Part shown: piece by piece, positions 12,783 to 25,935 of the stretch
Numbering within the stretch: the stretch's first letter is position 1
Layout: every line of letters starts with the position of its first letter
Origin: Malacoraja senta
Lineage: Eukaryota
Reading direction: 5' to 3'
Assembly (NCBI GenBank): GCA_038087875.1
Contig: CM075988.1
Coordinates: 12,960,001-13,024,000, forward strand
Length of the DNA stretch: 64,000 bases
Program-made: the position numbers and the translations under genes
The notes under the pieces: generated by a model
Database searches by the model: none
Told to the model about the DNA's origin: nothing
The model's input: the letters and a program-made list of their open reading frames with translations, nothing else

Positions 12783-13930
12783 GTGTGAATCCAATCATTG
12801 CAGTCATCGCTATCAAGGGATCCTTACTTGAGCTCATTTTGACTTTGGCAAGGCAGACGAGAGCAGCAAAGTATCAAAATCCATCATGGTCACCCGAACC
12901 TCAATAACTGGGGTGCAGCATGCAGACAACACGTGCCTGCATATGTGGGGCTGAACTGAAGCCATCATGTTCTCATTCCATGAAGTATATGACAATCACA
13001 GCCTCATGCTCAATGACCATGCGATAATTTATTTTTTCATACATCACTCTGCCCTGCAATAATAAGACTTCATGATGAGATCCTAGAAAAATGTACACCA
13101 TTTTCTGTATCCTGTGAGCTAATTTTGGAAATGGCAGCTATTTGAAGATCAAGATCTCAGACTGGGCACAAAACTCTTAATCTGCCAGTTATCAGTAATC
13201 CTTGGGCTCTATGCTTCCAGGATTTGGACTACCTTTAGTTGATACTTTGGGAAAGCACCACTCTTACCATTCTCCACAAAATCCTCTGAATTCACTGGAA
13301 GGACAAGCTAAACTGTATCCTCTCTCAGCCCATCAACCACCAAGCCCTCAATTAGACTCAATTATTAATATTCAGTATGCCTTGTAGACACATGGAACTG
13401 AAGATGCCAGTTTATGAAAAGTGAGTTTGAAGAAGACTCCCGACCTGAAACATCACCTGTCCATGTTCTCCAGAGATGCTACTGGACCACATTCATTTAC
13501 TTCAGTTCTTTGTCTTTTTGAGTAGACATTCTTGATGATCTGCCTGTCCATGAAACAGGCATTATATTCTATGTGTAAGAAGGAACTGTGGATGCTGGTT
13601 TAAACCAAAGATAGACACAAAAACCTGGAGTAAATCAGCAGGACAGGCAGCATCTCTGGAGAGAAGGAATGGGTGACGTTTCTAGCCGAGACCCTTCTTC
13701 AGACATTATATTCTAGCTCCGTTGTGGGAAGAGACAGAGGAAAAGATTCTATTATGTGTTCAAAGTCTCCTTGAAGAAATGCAACCATCTTCACTGACTC
13801 CTCTGAATCTCTGACCATTAGTTTGGAGAAGGAACATGCAGCAACTTCATGTTCATGCATCAGGAGCACAGGACATCCCATTAAAAGCAAGAGAAGGAGC
13901 ATACCACTTCACTTGCTCCACAACTGTCTG
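12783..13930 (+). mobile_element. Highly decayed RTE-like LINE remnant interrupted by Penelope-type fragments (~13385-13705)
   Basis: Decayed QYADD-like (CAGCATGCAGACAAC) and HFPYLGS-like (CATTTTCTGTATCCTGTGAGC) coding remnants. No intact ORF. Confidence 0.4.
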
Positions 13931-14810
13931 CACCTCCTGACCCATGTGTAGAAGAATTCACCGGAAACAAAATTGCCTCATTTGCCAACACAGAATCCTC
14001 AAAATGGGAAGCAATCGTCTTCAATCCTGAGGGAGGTCTAAACTGAAGATATCAACAGAGGTTGTCCACAAGGTTCCTAGGGCAAGGTTTCTGAGAGTGA
14101 AAGTGATTCTGTTGTTGACATTGAGAGCTGTAAAGACATTTGTGTTTGTTCACTATTTGGGATTTAACAGGCAGGCTAATTGCCTCCTGATGTGACTCTT
14201 TAAGGGCTAGTTCGTGAGGTTAAAAAGATGAGGAAAGATATTAATAATGAGTGAAATTTGACTCCTATTTCCTAAAATGTTACATAAGCCCACCAGCACT
14301 GTTCTAAAACTGGTTTTAGGAAATTTCATGGTTTAATTTCAGTGCTTATTAAAACAGTATCAAGTAAATAGTTAAAATTATGTTAGAACCAGAAAACTGA
14401 TACAGGTGAATGGCCATGCCTCAGATATGCTCAATTCCCTTGACCTGACAGCACACATGTAATTATAACTAAGAGTTGGTATCTTTGAGAGGTTAAAAAC
14501 GGATGGCATCGTATTTGTTCACCTAGCACTATTAACTGCTAATTAAACTGAACGATATACTGTGGGAAGAATTTCCTCTGGGGTCTCCTTGCTTGAGATT
14601 TGTTAGAGATCTGAACAAAATGACATGTGTGGCAACATTTGCAAAATCTAATTAAGGTGGTTGGGGTACCTATAGTAATCACTTGGGGAGATGATTACAG
14701 CGAGTAAAAGACAAAAACACAACTATCGCAATTATGTATTTGCCTACCTATGAATTTCCAAGGATATTTGAAACGTTTCTAATTAACAATGTGTGCATTC
14801 TAAAATGTAG

Positions 14811-14977
14811 AAGTCAGGCCGATGTCGTGGATGGGAAGAGGATCTAAGAAACAACCTAACTGCTCCAGGAAATATCACCGATTTTCTTGAAACCTTCAAT
14901 GACTCCATAAGCACTCTGAGTCCAGGCTGTGTCCAATCATTCAGTCTTAATGTTAGTTACTACACCCTGATGAAACT
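14811..14977 (+). CDS. otoancorin-like exon KSGRCRGWEEDLRNNLTAPGNITDFLETFNDSISTLSPGCVQSFSLNVSYYTLMKL
   Basis: Open frame and strong donor CT|GTAAGT (phase 2) matching the next exon. The acceptor is ambiguous (AG at 14810, 14813 or 14817). Confidence 0.7.
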
Positions 14978-15286
14978 GTAAGTATAGCAGGCAAATCTGC
15001 CTGCACTAAAATGTTTTAAAATGCAGGGCAACCCATTATGTTAAAAATGTGTATTTTCATCTTCTTGTTATTTGGGATTTTTGTTTTCAATCATTTAAGT
15101 TCCTCACACCCATGTGTAACTTGTTCCTGCATCATCACTGTGTAGGGAACATGATCTTCTTTATGCATCTTCACCAATGACACATTAATTTGTTTAATAT
15201 TTTGAGCTATTGCCTTCTTAAATAAAGTGGATTATTATGTTTTTACTGTGTTGTTGTATTGCTCACTCATTGTCGTTCCATTGCAG

Positions 15287-15453
15287 AATGATGGTCTTAA
15301 ATGAAGAATATGATGACCTTATTCCTGGTACCAGGAAGCAGATTTATAAGTGGGTGAAAGATATTTACACAAAATCATCAGGACCGTATGGAATGGATAC
15401 CATGGTCTCATCCAGTGGTGAGGGTTCAAAGCCTAATGGTGGCAAAGATAAAG
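15287..15453 (+). CDS. otoancorin-like exon MMVLNEEYDDLIPGTRKQIYKWVKDIY...GGKDK
   Basis: Acceptor TTCCATTGCAG, donor AAG|GTAACA, phase 2 to 1. Confidence 0.8.
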
Positions 15454-16254
15454 GTAACAGAGCAGCAAACATGGACTGGATCAATAGAATGATTGAATGA
15501 ACACCTGTATATAAAATTCCTGAAATGGTGGCCATCTCTCAGCGTTACCCAGGGGCTTCACATTTGAAATGTCACACTTAAAATATCGCACTTCAACTGA
15601 GCAAGTAGGAAAGAGGAAAAAGGCAATTATTTTCTCTGTCTTTTTTCATCCTGCGTGTCTGGCTGTCGACACAGGCAGAATCTGTGGGATTAATACATAA
15701 AGATTACACACAGCAATTACTTTCTAATTGACCTCATGATGTGTTAATTCCAGGCACTTTCTCACTAGCAATGTCATCAAAATAGAAAAATACAGTTTCA
15801 CTTTAGCAACAAAGCATTAAAAAAGTGCACCTGAGCACAGTGAGGATTAGTTTAATTTACAACTTTATATTGCGAATTATATATCTTTTCTTGAAATCTT
15901 CATACATTGTCATGTTTATAATGTCTTTCACGTGACTAACAATTCTTGCAGTTGCTATCATTCCCATTTGTTTCGTATAATACTCAAGTTTTTGGGAATT
16001 ACTTTTCATTTATATAAATAACTTTTAAATTTGAGTAAAACATAGTGCTGGAGGATCTCCAACAGCCCTTTCTGCTGTAGTGTTCTGCAGTTTGTCTCCA
16101 ATATGTTTATCATTTCAAGATCAGAAACCTCACAGTTTCCCATTTTATAACCCACGTGCCAACATTTTTCCCAATGAATTAATCGATAAACATCTTTTTG
16201 TAATTTACTTGTTTGCGTCTTGCAACTGGCCTTCCTACCTATGTTTATCTCATC

Positions 16255-16625
16255 CATCAGTTCGGAGACTATATCTTTGTTTCCTCCCTCTGTCATTAAA
16301 GCATGCCCTTATCGTATGTGCCTCCACCACCATCCCTAACAACGCACTCTAGAACCCCGCCATTCTCTATGTAAGCAAAAATGTTGCCCCACGCAACTCC
16401 TTTAAACTTTGCCCTTCTCACCTTAAAACTGCCGTTTAGTCTTTGATGTTTCCACGCTGTGACCCTATCCATCTCATAACTTCATATACTTCTATGATTC
16501 TAACCTTTGGCATTCCAGAGAAAGCTATCCATGTTTTCCCAACCTCTCCTCTTAGCTAATAACCTTTTAATTCAGGCAGCATCCTTGTAAACATCTTCTT
16601 CTCCCTCTCCAAAGCCTCCACATCC
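16255..16625 (-). mobile_element. decayed CR1 fragment
   Basis: Antisense CR1 ORF2 3' sequence (GCCTCCACCACC..CCTTTAAACTTT..AATTCAGGCAGCATCC..CTCTCCAAAGCCTCCACATCC). Confidence 0.6.
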
Positions 16626-17502
16626 ATCCATCCATCCACTCATACCATCCCATTCGCAGGAAGAGTACCTTGGTCACTTGTGTGTAAAGACAATGATGGA
16701 GTTATTAAGGAACTCGAGTAGTACACACTTTGTGTCATGTGTGCAGGACAGGGCTTTGTGGTTCAGGAAGGCCTGTAGTGGAAGGGAGGAAGAGTCTGAC
16801 CATCAGCAGCTGCCGGGTGGGGCAGGACCTGATGGTTTCAGGAAACTACTTGGCCTCAAGTAATGGAGATCTGCAAAGAATGGAAAGGGATAGAGCAAGT
16901 TCAAATCCCAAAGGGGCCTACCTACATTATCCAGTTGTGCCACATGCCTTTAACGTGCAGAGAAGTTGGGGTAAACATACTACTGCATTACTGGTTCTTC
17001 ATGGGCCTTGAGTCAGCAAAGGAACTATAAGCAAGGGGCATTGCAATTCTAGCTACTTTTGTACATGGGCACAAACACACAGCCCACAGGCAGAGATACA
17101 CAACGCAGTACAATTAAGGTCATGTGATTTCCCATAATAAAATTTAAAGAAGAGTAGAAAATTCACAATTTCCTTGCGAATATTTCATGTTCACTTAAGT
17201 TACTAAACTAAATTAGAGAATCTGCTGTCTTACCTGCTCTCCTTTGGAGCTTGCTAAACAGAATGAAGCTGTGATTGTGGCTTGCTTAACTTACAAATGC
17301 ACTTCCAATATCATAACGTGGTTCTGAAATGCTTTGAAATGTGCTTACGGAATTTTTTTTTTTAAACATACGAGTGATATTTGCTGCATTTTGAAAAAGG
17401 ACAAGGCGTTATTAAAAAGTTGATAAATCGATCTCCATTCTGTCATTTTTAAGCCTGTTGCAGTAATCAGAATCATGACTGGTTCTCTATGCTTCTTCTC
17501 AG

Positions 17503-17627
17503 GTAAAGGGAAGGGTAAGGGTAAAGGTAGTTGGATCACCCTCGATGTGTTGAACATACTTGGTCGATTCATTGTCCAAGCACCTACCTCCACTTTCAAG
17601 GGCATTGCACGAGGTGAAACTAGCACG
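17503..17627 (+). CDS. otoancorin-like exon GKGKGKGKGSWITLDVLNILGRFIVQAPTSTFKGIARGETST
   Basis: Acceptor CTTCTTCTCAG, donor ACG|GTAAGA, phase 1 to 0. The W..L..LGR motif matches otoancorin. Confidence 0.9.
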
Positions 17628-17803
17628 GTAAGAATATTTTCAAAATAACTAGACGTGGATTTTAAATGTTTGGAGCATTCAGAGACTCGATTTTCAATAT
17701 TGAGTAAAACACAAAGGTTTTGAGGAACTTAGCAGACCAAGAAAAATCTGGAGGGGGGATGGGATAGACAATATTTTGGGTTGAGACCCATCTTCAAACT
17801 CAA

Positions 17804-18138
17804 GGGCAGCCATGGTGGCGCAGCGGTAGAGTTGCTGCCTTATGGTACTTGCAGCGCCAGAGACCCGGGTTTGATTCCGACTATGGGTGCTGTCTGTACG
17901 GAGTTTGTACGTTCTCCCCGTGACCGCGTGGGTTTTCTCCGAGATCTTGGGTTTCCTCTCACACTCCAAAGATGTACAGGTTTGTAGGTTAATTGGCTTG
18001 GTGCATGTGTAAATTGTCCCTAGTGTATGTAGGAGAGTGTTAATGTGCAGGGATCGCAGCTGGTCGCTGGGGACTAGGTGGGCCGAAGGGCCTGTTTCGG
18101 CTCTGTATCTCTAAAACTAAAACTAAAAAACTAAAACT
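17804..18138 (+). mobile_element. tRNA-derived V-SINE (HE1-like)
   Basis: A-box TGGCGCAGCGG, B-box-like GGTTTGATTCC, V-domain GGAGTTTGTACGTTCTCCCCGTGAC, (CTAAAA)n tail. Flanked by direct repeat AAACTCAAG, inside a Penelope-type fragment. Confidence 0.85.
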
Positions 18139-18240
18139 CAAGTCCCGACGTCCAACCCAAAGCATCGTCTGTCCACTCCGCAACCCGAAACGTCATCTGA
18201 TCAAATTTGACTAACCCATGAAAAATGTGACTGTTTACAG

Positions 18241-18377
18241 ATATGCCAGCTTTTCAACTCTTCATCCGACCTTTTGGACAAGCTCTTTGATCTCAAACCA
18301 GTGCAAGCTCGCATTCTCATCGAAGGACTTAATGCATGTGGCAACGTTAACATCAGTGAAGATGCAACAATTGCCAA
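18241..18377 (+). CDS. otoancorin-like exon ICQLFNSSSDLLDKLFDLKPVQARILIEGLNACGNVNISEDATIAK
   Basis: Acceptor TGTTTACAG, donor AA|GTAAGA, phase 0 to 2. Confidence 0.88.
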
Positions 18378-18659
18378 GTAAGAGTGTATTACGCTTGTCA
18401 ATTTACAACTTTATCAGGCAGTCATTCTTTTTAACTTTTACCAGACCTGGGTATTTAAAGGGGCATTGACAAAGAATAATTCATTGGGACAATTTTGTTC
18501 CATTTTAAATCTGAGTCTTCTTCCATTTACTAGCTGCAAAAGGTACAAGATGATACCAGCACATATTAAAGCAGTGACATGCTTCTCTTGAAAGTTATTA
18601 CTACCTTACTGTTATGTGATCTGATCATGATATGGTTCCATGTCTTTTATTGCAGAAAC

Positions 18660-18812
18660 TAGGAACTGCAGATGATGGTTAATACACAAAAGAACACAAA
18701 GTGTTGGAGTAACTTAGTCTGAAGAAGTGACTCAACCCAAAACGTCACCTATCCATATTTTTCAGAAATGCTTTTTGACCTCCTGAGTTACTCCAGCACT
18801 TTGTGTCCTTTC
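18660..18812. mobile_element. Penelope-type fold-back fragment
   Basis: Arms ACACAAAGTGTTGGAGTAACT and AGTTACTCCAGCACTTTGTGT, with core CTGAAGAAGTGACTCAACCCAAAACGTC. Confidence 0.6.
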
Positions 18813-18964
18813 CTGTCTTTTATATAAGTTCTGCTTTCACAAAAATTTGTCTTGCTTTGAGATGAAAACAGTATTCCACGTAACAATAAGAAGTCCACCT
18901 GTGTTAGATATTGGAGTCAGGTGTCAAATATAGAATATTACTTAAATAACAAATAAGAAATAAT

Positions 18965-19627
18965 TCAAGTCAAGTCAAGTCACATTTATTTATATAGCAC
19001 ATTTAAAAAACAACTCTCGTTGGCCAAAGTGCTTTACATTTGTTATAAGAATAGCATAAACAAAACAAACTACATACATATATACATGTAGCCCTCACTC
19101 AGAGGACGTCAGGAAAGGCTTGGAAGTATAGATAAGTTTTTAGTCTTGACTTAAAAGAGTCGATGGAGGGGGCAGTTCTGATGGGAAGGGGGATGCTGTT
19201 CCACAGTCTAGGGGCTGCAACCGCAAAGGCGCGGTCGCCCCTGAGCTTATGCCTAGACCGTGGGATATTCAGCAACCCCAAGTCGGCCGATCTGAGGGGC
19301 CTGGAGGTGGAGTGGTGGGTTAGAAGACTTTTTATGTAGTTAGGGGCAATCCCATTGAGGGCTTTGTAGACATGGAGGAGGATCTTGAAGTTTATACGGA
19401 ACCGCACAGGGAGCCAGTGGAGAGAGGCCAGGATCGGGGTGATGTGGTCCCTTTTTCGGGTGCCCGTCAGGCGTCTCGCTGCGGCGTTTTGGACCAGTTG
19501 CAGGCGGGACAGGGAAGATTGGCTGATGCCAGTGTAAAGGGAGTTGCAGTAATCTAGGCGGGAGGAGATGAATGTGTGGATGATCTTTTCGAGGTCATCA
19601 AACTGGAGGAATTGTTTTATTTTAGCA
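18965..19627 (-). mobile_element. L2 LINE 3' fragment
   Basis: Minus strand encodes SRLDYCN..LHWLPVRFRINFKILL..GDRAFAVAAPRLWN and ends in a (TTGAC)n tail. Confidence 0.88.
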
Positions 19628-20081
19628 AATTATTTTATTTAAATAACATGCTAAGCATAAGAATTATCCTCATAATCTATTGTCTCATAAGATAACCACA
19701 TACCATATGCCCTAATAGGCATCATAATGGCTTTTGCAATGAGCTGAGGCATAGGACCTAACTAGCTTCTGCCCTAAGTTATGCCTCCATGCCCAGATGC
19801 CGATTCCTTCCTGCTATAATTTCAGAGCTATTGGATTTGGGTTCATTGAAGAACTACAGTGTAAGTGAACAATTTGAGAAATTCACTCCAATAATTTTTG
19901 CTGTGAAATCTGGATGAATTTTCAAAAGAACTTTCTGAATATTAATTCAATTAAAAAGAGTTCTAGTCCTTTAGGAAAATTGGTCTAATCTACACCTACA
20001 GGACAGATTTTATTTTTTGTCTTTATGTCTAAATCACATTCTGAGAGTAACCACATTTTTTTTTGTCTCCTTTATCGCCAG

Positions 20082-20193
20082 GCTTGGTCAACTGACATGT
20101 TTCTACCCTGTCAAGCAACTGAATATGCTTAATAAGATGGCATTAAAGAGTTTGCAGACCCAATTGCTCAACTGTACAAGGAACTTAAAGGAG
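20082..20193 (+). CDS. otoancorin-like exon LGQLTCFYPVKQLNMLNKMALKSLQTQLLNCTRNLKE
   Basis: Strong polypyrimidine acceptor, donor GAG|GTGAAT, phase 2 to 0. Confidence 0.9.
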
Positions 20194-20385
20194 GTGAATG
20201 CGTTATGTGTGTTATGTTGGTAATGAATGAGATATCACCAACAGTTTATTTTCATTCCAAGTGTCCAATTCTAACTTAAAAGAGGGCCATGTTCATTTCA
20301 AAGCCAATCACGTTTTTAGATTTCTGTCAAGAGAACGCATAGTGTGTTTTCTGATGAGTTATCCGATATAAATGTGTTTCTACAG

Positions 20386-20601
20386 ATCTATCAGATGCTT
20401 GTGGCAAATGTTAATGTCAATGATTTGACTGCTGAGAAAGTAAAAGAACTAGGAGCTTCTGTGATTGGATTGAAAATCAGTCAAGTGTCCAACATCTCCA
20501 AAGAAGCCATTGAAGGTGCACTTAGTGAACTGAAGGATGTCAAGGGATGGTCCAAAGGTCAAATCAAGGTTCTTGTCAAAAAGTACAATGAAATAACAGA
20601 A
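20386..20601 (+). CDS. otoancorin-like exon IYQMLVANVNV...LKDVKGWSKGQIKVLVKKYNEITE
   Basis: Acceptor TTTCTACAG, donor GAA|GTGAGT, phase 0 to 0. Confidence 0.92.
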
Positions 20602-20669
20602 GTGAGTATGAGTTGTTAAATATCTGTCCTTACTGTGTATGTAATTCCACTTCATTGCTCTTGAACATA

Positions 20670-21840
20670 ACATAAGAAAAAACGGGAGTAGGAGAAAACT
20701 AATTGGCCCTTCAAGTCTGTTCTGCCATTAATTAAGGTTATGACTAATTTGATCTTGGTCAAAACATTACTTTTCCATGTTTCATGCACCCCCCCCCCCC
20801 CCCCCCTTGTATCTGTCAATTGACATCTTGAATATATTTAATGATCTTACCTTTATAGCTCTTGGGGTAAAAAAATTCTAAAGAATGGTGACCTCCTGGG
20901 TGAAGAAATTCAGGATGCCTTATTCTGAAAATAGGTCCCTTGGTTCTAGTATCCTTCAAAGGAAATACCCTGTCAACTTCACAGCCGAATATATTTCCAT
21001 TCAATCACTTCTCACTATTTTCAACTAGAGGGAGCTCAGATCCAAACTGTTCAACCTTCTTTCATATGCCAGTCTTTTCATACCAGAAATCAACTCAATT
21101 AATTTGTTCTGCACTGCTTCCAATGTAGTAGATGCTTCCATAATTGCCAGTACACATTACTCCAGGTGTAATCTCAGCAGTGCTATGTAGAATTCATCAA
21201 AACATCCTGATTTTTATCCTCCATATCCCGTGCAATAAAGACAAAGAATCCATGAACCTTGTTAGATATCTGATGTTCCAATGTGTCAACTTTTTAAAGG
21301 TATTTAAAGTATCACGATCCCTAGACACCCTTTGGAGCCTCATGAAATAGTAATAATGTGTTTTTTTCATTTTACCTTCCATAGTGAATAACTTCACACT
21401 TTCCTCCATCACTCTGCGCCTGATAACTTCATGCCCATTCACTCAATGGGTTTATAGCTTTTTGCTGCCATTTAATGCCCTGGAAAATTGTCTTGCGTTA
21501 TTTTCCTTTCATAAACCAGGCTGGTTCTGCCTGATTGCCTTACGACTTTCAAACACATTGGCTCTGAATTCCAGCATTTTCCCCAAAACCAATATTAGAC
21601 CAACTGATTACAATGTCTTGAATTCTGTCTTCCTTCTTGTGTTCGACCCAAGTTACTCACTCTCAAATTAACTTTGAAATTCTCGCCTACAATGATCACT
21701 ATTCCCCAAGGGATGCTTTTTATGAGATTGTTGCTTAATCTTCCCTCATTGCACAGTATGAAATCTGGAATAACCTGCTCCCCGGTTGATTAGACAATAG
21801 ACAATAGGTGCAGGAGTAGGCCATTTGGCCCTTCGATCAT
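20670..21840 (-). mobile_element. decayed CR1 fragments
   Basis: Starts with an antisense CR1 tail (GAACATAACATAAGAA..GGAGTAGG) followed by patchy antisense ORF2. A second CR1 tail lies at ~21790. Confidence 0.55.
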
Positions 21841-22774
21841 TCATCAAACATTGCTCGTAGAGTCAATATCCTCAAGGCTGCCTTCACCATTTTGTTTTAT
21901 TTATTCTGCATGATAATTAAATTGAAACACAATTATCTTTTTTTTTACAAGCCAACATTATTTTTTGATTAACAGTCTCTCCCAGAGGGTAGACACAAAA
22001 TGGTGGAGTAACTCAGCAGGTCAGGCAGCATGTCTGGAGAAAAGAAAAGTGTAACATTTTGGGTTCCACAAAATACTGGAGTAACTCAGTGGGTCAGGGT
22101 ATCTCCATTCGAAACTGGAGGGAAGCTCCAATTGGGTTCTTATATGCTCCTCCCACCAATGGCCTCTTACGTTTACTATTTCTTTATTTCCATCCAAACT
22201 GATTCGATGCTTTAGGCTTCTGAGCCAAAGTCAATCCTCAACTGTGCTTTGTTATTATCTTTGTCAATAGAGATACCTCACTGCCTTTTCCTCTCTGACT
22301 GTCAGAATATGCAGTCCATGGTTGTGAACTCTCCTGCTTAACCTCTGCCTAACAGACTATTTAGCAGCCTAGCAAGGGTAAAATTAAAAGTTTATGAAAG
22401 CCAAATATGAGTGAGCTCATCGATGCTCCCTTTTTCCTTTGACCACCACCTTTGACTACTGACATCACTGTTCCAATATTCTGGGTTGGACTGACCATCT
22501 TCCCGCTCCTCCGAGGTTTACTGCTCACCGTCACCTCTACCTCACCAAAGTCCCCTCACTCACCAAACCTGTGCTCCAATAACTCTTACAACCAAACTGC
22601 TGGGTGTGACAAACTCCCCCCAACAAGGTCAAATAAAGCACAAAACTCTGAAAACTTTCTCTATGTTGAAAGATTGATTTGTTGTTCAGGTCTAATCAAA
22701 CTCTGAGTAAGAGATGATGATCAATACATTAAGAGGACTAGAAATTCAACCCCAGTCAGTAGCACAAAACACAA

Positions 22775-23340
22775 TAAAGGTTGCTCAGCTATAATGCAAT
22801 GGTTACGTTCCAAAGAAAGCTTGTGTTGTAGAAATAACATTGTAAAGGCAATTGTGTCAATGGGGGAAAAGGGGTTAGGTATTAAAATAACAGAGTTATT
22901 TTTCCACAGGATTTTCAAACTTAAAGGTCTTTTCAGTAGCAACAAATGTATTATTGTTACTGCAAGCTATAAATACTAAAGCCTGTAGGTTACATTGTTT
23001 AATTGAGTATCATTGCATAAATATCAACGGAAATGCTTGTCAATTTCTCTGGCCACTTGCAGTTGAAGTAGTAGCTGTGTTCTTAAGAGGCAATGGTGTC
23101 TGATTACTGCAGGGTGCTTACATGGAAACATGTTTTTTCCCCTACACTGTTTAAATCTAAGACAGTGTTTTTTCTGCCTGCCAATTTCCAAAGTAACTTT
23201 TAAGTGGTTCCCTAGTTTCTGATTGATGTTGTGTTATAACCAATTTGGCCTGTGCATTGCAAATAATATTCCCTAATTCATCACTCACATTATGTCCAAC
23301 TCATGTCAAGGAAACATGCATTGTAGCAAGACTACCTGTG
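22775..23340. mobile_element. old Tc1/mariner (Tigger-like) MITE, copy 1
   Basis: Degenerate TIRs TAAAGGTTGCTCAGCTATAATGC and GCATTGTAGCAAGACTACCTGTG. The interior is homologous to 41806-42267. Confidence 0.6.
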
Positions 23341-24160
23341 CATAGTAGCTGCACTATTCTGCTCAAAAAATTAATCGCATTGAAATAAAAATAATGTACT
23401 TCAGAGGCAGAACACAATGCTCAGTTATCATTCTATAACATGCAAACCGCTCTCAATAGGTTTATAGATGTGATTTTATTTCTGGCAGAGTTGCATACTT
23501 TAGTAAATTCCTTTGTGTACACTGAGTATTACCATACAATAATTCTGCAGAATAGTGGAAAAGCTGAAAATTGAAGATTGAACCAGAAAATAATGGAAAT
23601 GCTGAGCAGATCAGACTGCTTCCTAAGTTATAGAACTGCATAGACTAAAGTGAACGTTTATCTATCATTAAGTTGTAAAACGCACCATATAAATGCAAGT
23701 CATCCTTTCTTCAATGATCATCCATAATTGAAAACAATCAGCTATCATACAATTAATCAATGGAATTGTTTTAACATGGCTTGACTCTCCCTTCAGCCAT
23801 TTTAAACTAGCCAAACTGGCAGATTATCTTAATAAATTTATCTCAGCACGTGGACAGGTCTAAGAAGGTGCCACCAGATATTCTAATGTAAGTTCATCCC
23901 AAAAGAAATACAATGTCAAATTATTCATTGTATGGTGCATTACCTTTAATATAATTCCTTTTGAGAAAACAGTGTGTGATAGAATGAGGTGTATGGAGAA
24001 CATTGCAAAGATGAAAATCAGTGACATAAATAGTTTTATCCTGGACTCCATTTGAATAATTCATAGCTTTGCCGTTCCATTCCAGTGTATACATTTTTTT
24101 TTCTTCTCAGTTTGAGCAACTTACTTAAAAAATAATATTTATGTATTTTCTCTCCTGCAG

Positions 24161-24328
24161 GTCACAGCTAAACTGTTAAAAAATCTAGGTGTTCTCGCCT
24201 CTGGTCTTGGAGCAAAGTCATTTGGCAAGTTCAAAGGTCAGGAGCTTCTGGATGCTTTTTCTCAAAGGGATGTGGCAGAGTCTTCAAACGTCATGTTGCC
24301 GGTGCAGAAGAAGTCGATCATGAAAGCG
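24161..24328 (+). CDS. otoancorin-like exon VTAKLLKNLGVLASGLGAKSFG...MLPVQKKSIMKA (GC donor)
   Basis: Acceptor TCTCTCCTGCAG and non-canonical donor GCG|GCAAGT. 168 nt, phase 0 to 0. Confidence 0.85.
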
Positions 24329-24419
24329 GCAAGTCTTTCTTTGGATTTTGCAACTGAGGGGCTGTGTCTCTTGGAGAGGGTTTGATCTACAATGCGGGAG
24401 ATTGAACTTGTTAAGACTA

Positions 24420-24728
24420 GGGCGGCACGGTGGTCCAGCGGTAGAGCTACTTCCTTACAGCGACAGAGACCCAGGTTTGATACTGACTGTGGGTGCTGTC
24501 TGCATGGAGTTTGTACGCTCTCCCCGTGGCCTGCATGGGTTTCTCCGAGATCTTCGGTTTCCTCCCACACTCCAAAGAGGTGCAGGTTTGTAGGTTAATT
24601 GGCTTGGTATAAATCTAAATTGTCCCTAGTATGTGTAGGATAGTGTTAATGTGCGGGTATCGCTGGTCGTTGCGGACTGGGTGGGCAGAAGGGTCTGTTT
24701 CCATACTGTAACTCTTAACTAAACTAAA
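24420..24728 (+). mobile_element. V-SINE (HE1-like)
   Basis: GGGCGGCACGGTGG head, V-domain, CTAAA tail. Confidence 0.85.
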
Positions 24729-24934
24729 TATACACATTGATGAACATGCAGCAAATGAGTTCCAATAACCAAATTGATGTGTACTTGCATATTGTAATGA
24801 AAACTAATGTATAATTTGTTTTTATAAAGAAATATTCTTTATTTTTCTATTTTTTGAAGAGACAATGTATCGCAGTTAAGGTTGCCCTATCTGTCAGCCT
24901 TCGGTCTCTCACTTTATATCATAAAACAATTGAA

Positions 24935-25935
24935 ACACAAAGAGCTGGAGTAATTCAGTGAGTCAGGCAGCCTCTGTGGAGGGAATGAATAGGGGACGTT
25001 TCAGGTCAGGACCCCTAAAACATAAGGTGCTGGAGTAACTCAGCAGATCAGACAGTATCTATGGAAGGAATTGATAGGTGGCATTTCGGGTCAGGACTCT
25101 AAAAACAAAAGGTGTTGGAGTAACTCAGAAGGTCAAGCAGCGTCTATGGGGGAAATGTCAGGTCAAGATACTTCAAGCGTGCATCCATTCCCTCCACAGA
25201 TGCTTCCTGACCTATTGTGTTACTTCAGCACATTGTGCTTTACACATGATTCCAGCAATCGCAGTTCATTGTATCTCCATTAAACCATTGAAACCTGCAC
25301 TAGAGCAGAGATCAATTTATTTTATAAGTTTTTCAATAGTAATATTTAAAACTAATCTCATCCTCCCTATTCCCAATGAATTAGCTCCATGGTGCAATAG
25401 GAACCAAGACTTGTCTTTTTCCTTTGTCTTAAAAGATCAAAACAGTCTTGGCTCCTCTCGCACCATGGAACTACTTCATTCCACTCACTACTGTGTAAAT
25501 AAATTTCCCAGACCATTGCTCCTCAATTTAGTATCCATGCTCATGTGATCCAACCTCATCGCAAAACGGAAATAGACTTCAACAACGATATCAAATGTTC
25601 CGTTGAAAATGTATAGGAAGGAACTGCAGATGCTGGTTTAAACTGAAGATAGACACAAAAAGCTGGAGTAACTCAGTGGGTCTTCAGGTCTCGACCCCAA
25701 ATCTTACCTATTCCTTTTCTTCAGAGATGTTGTCTGACCCGCTGAGTTACTCCAGCTTTTTGTGTCTATGCTCAGTTGAAAATGTTTGATTAAACCTTCT
25801 TTCCCCCTGATTAAACAGTCCCGACCTGAAATGTCACCTATCCATGTTCTCCCGAGATGCTGCCAGACCTGCTGAATTGTTCCAGCACTTTGTGTCCTTT
25901 TGTGTATTAACCAGCACCTGCCGTTCCTTGCTTCT
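24935..25935. mobile_element. cluster of Penelope-type terminal fragments (tandem and inverted)
   Basis: Repeated GCTGGAGTAACTCAG..GGCAGC..GACGTTTCAGGTC units and their reverse complements at 24935-25280 and 25610-25935. Confidence 0.6.

Noticed and set aside
17804..17885. tRNA gene-like sequences (here and at other SINE heads)
   Set aside because: They are heads of V-SINEs, continuous with the SINE body and tail.
24935..25200. Regularly spaced GCTGGAGTAACTCAG repeats resembling a CRISPR array
   Set aside because: These are tandem degenerate Penelope-type termini in a vertebrate intron. The spacers are homologous to each other and there are no cas genes.
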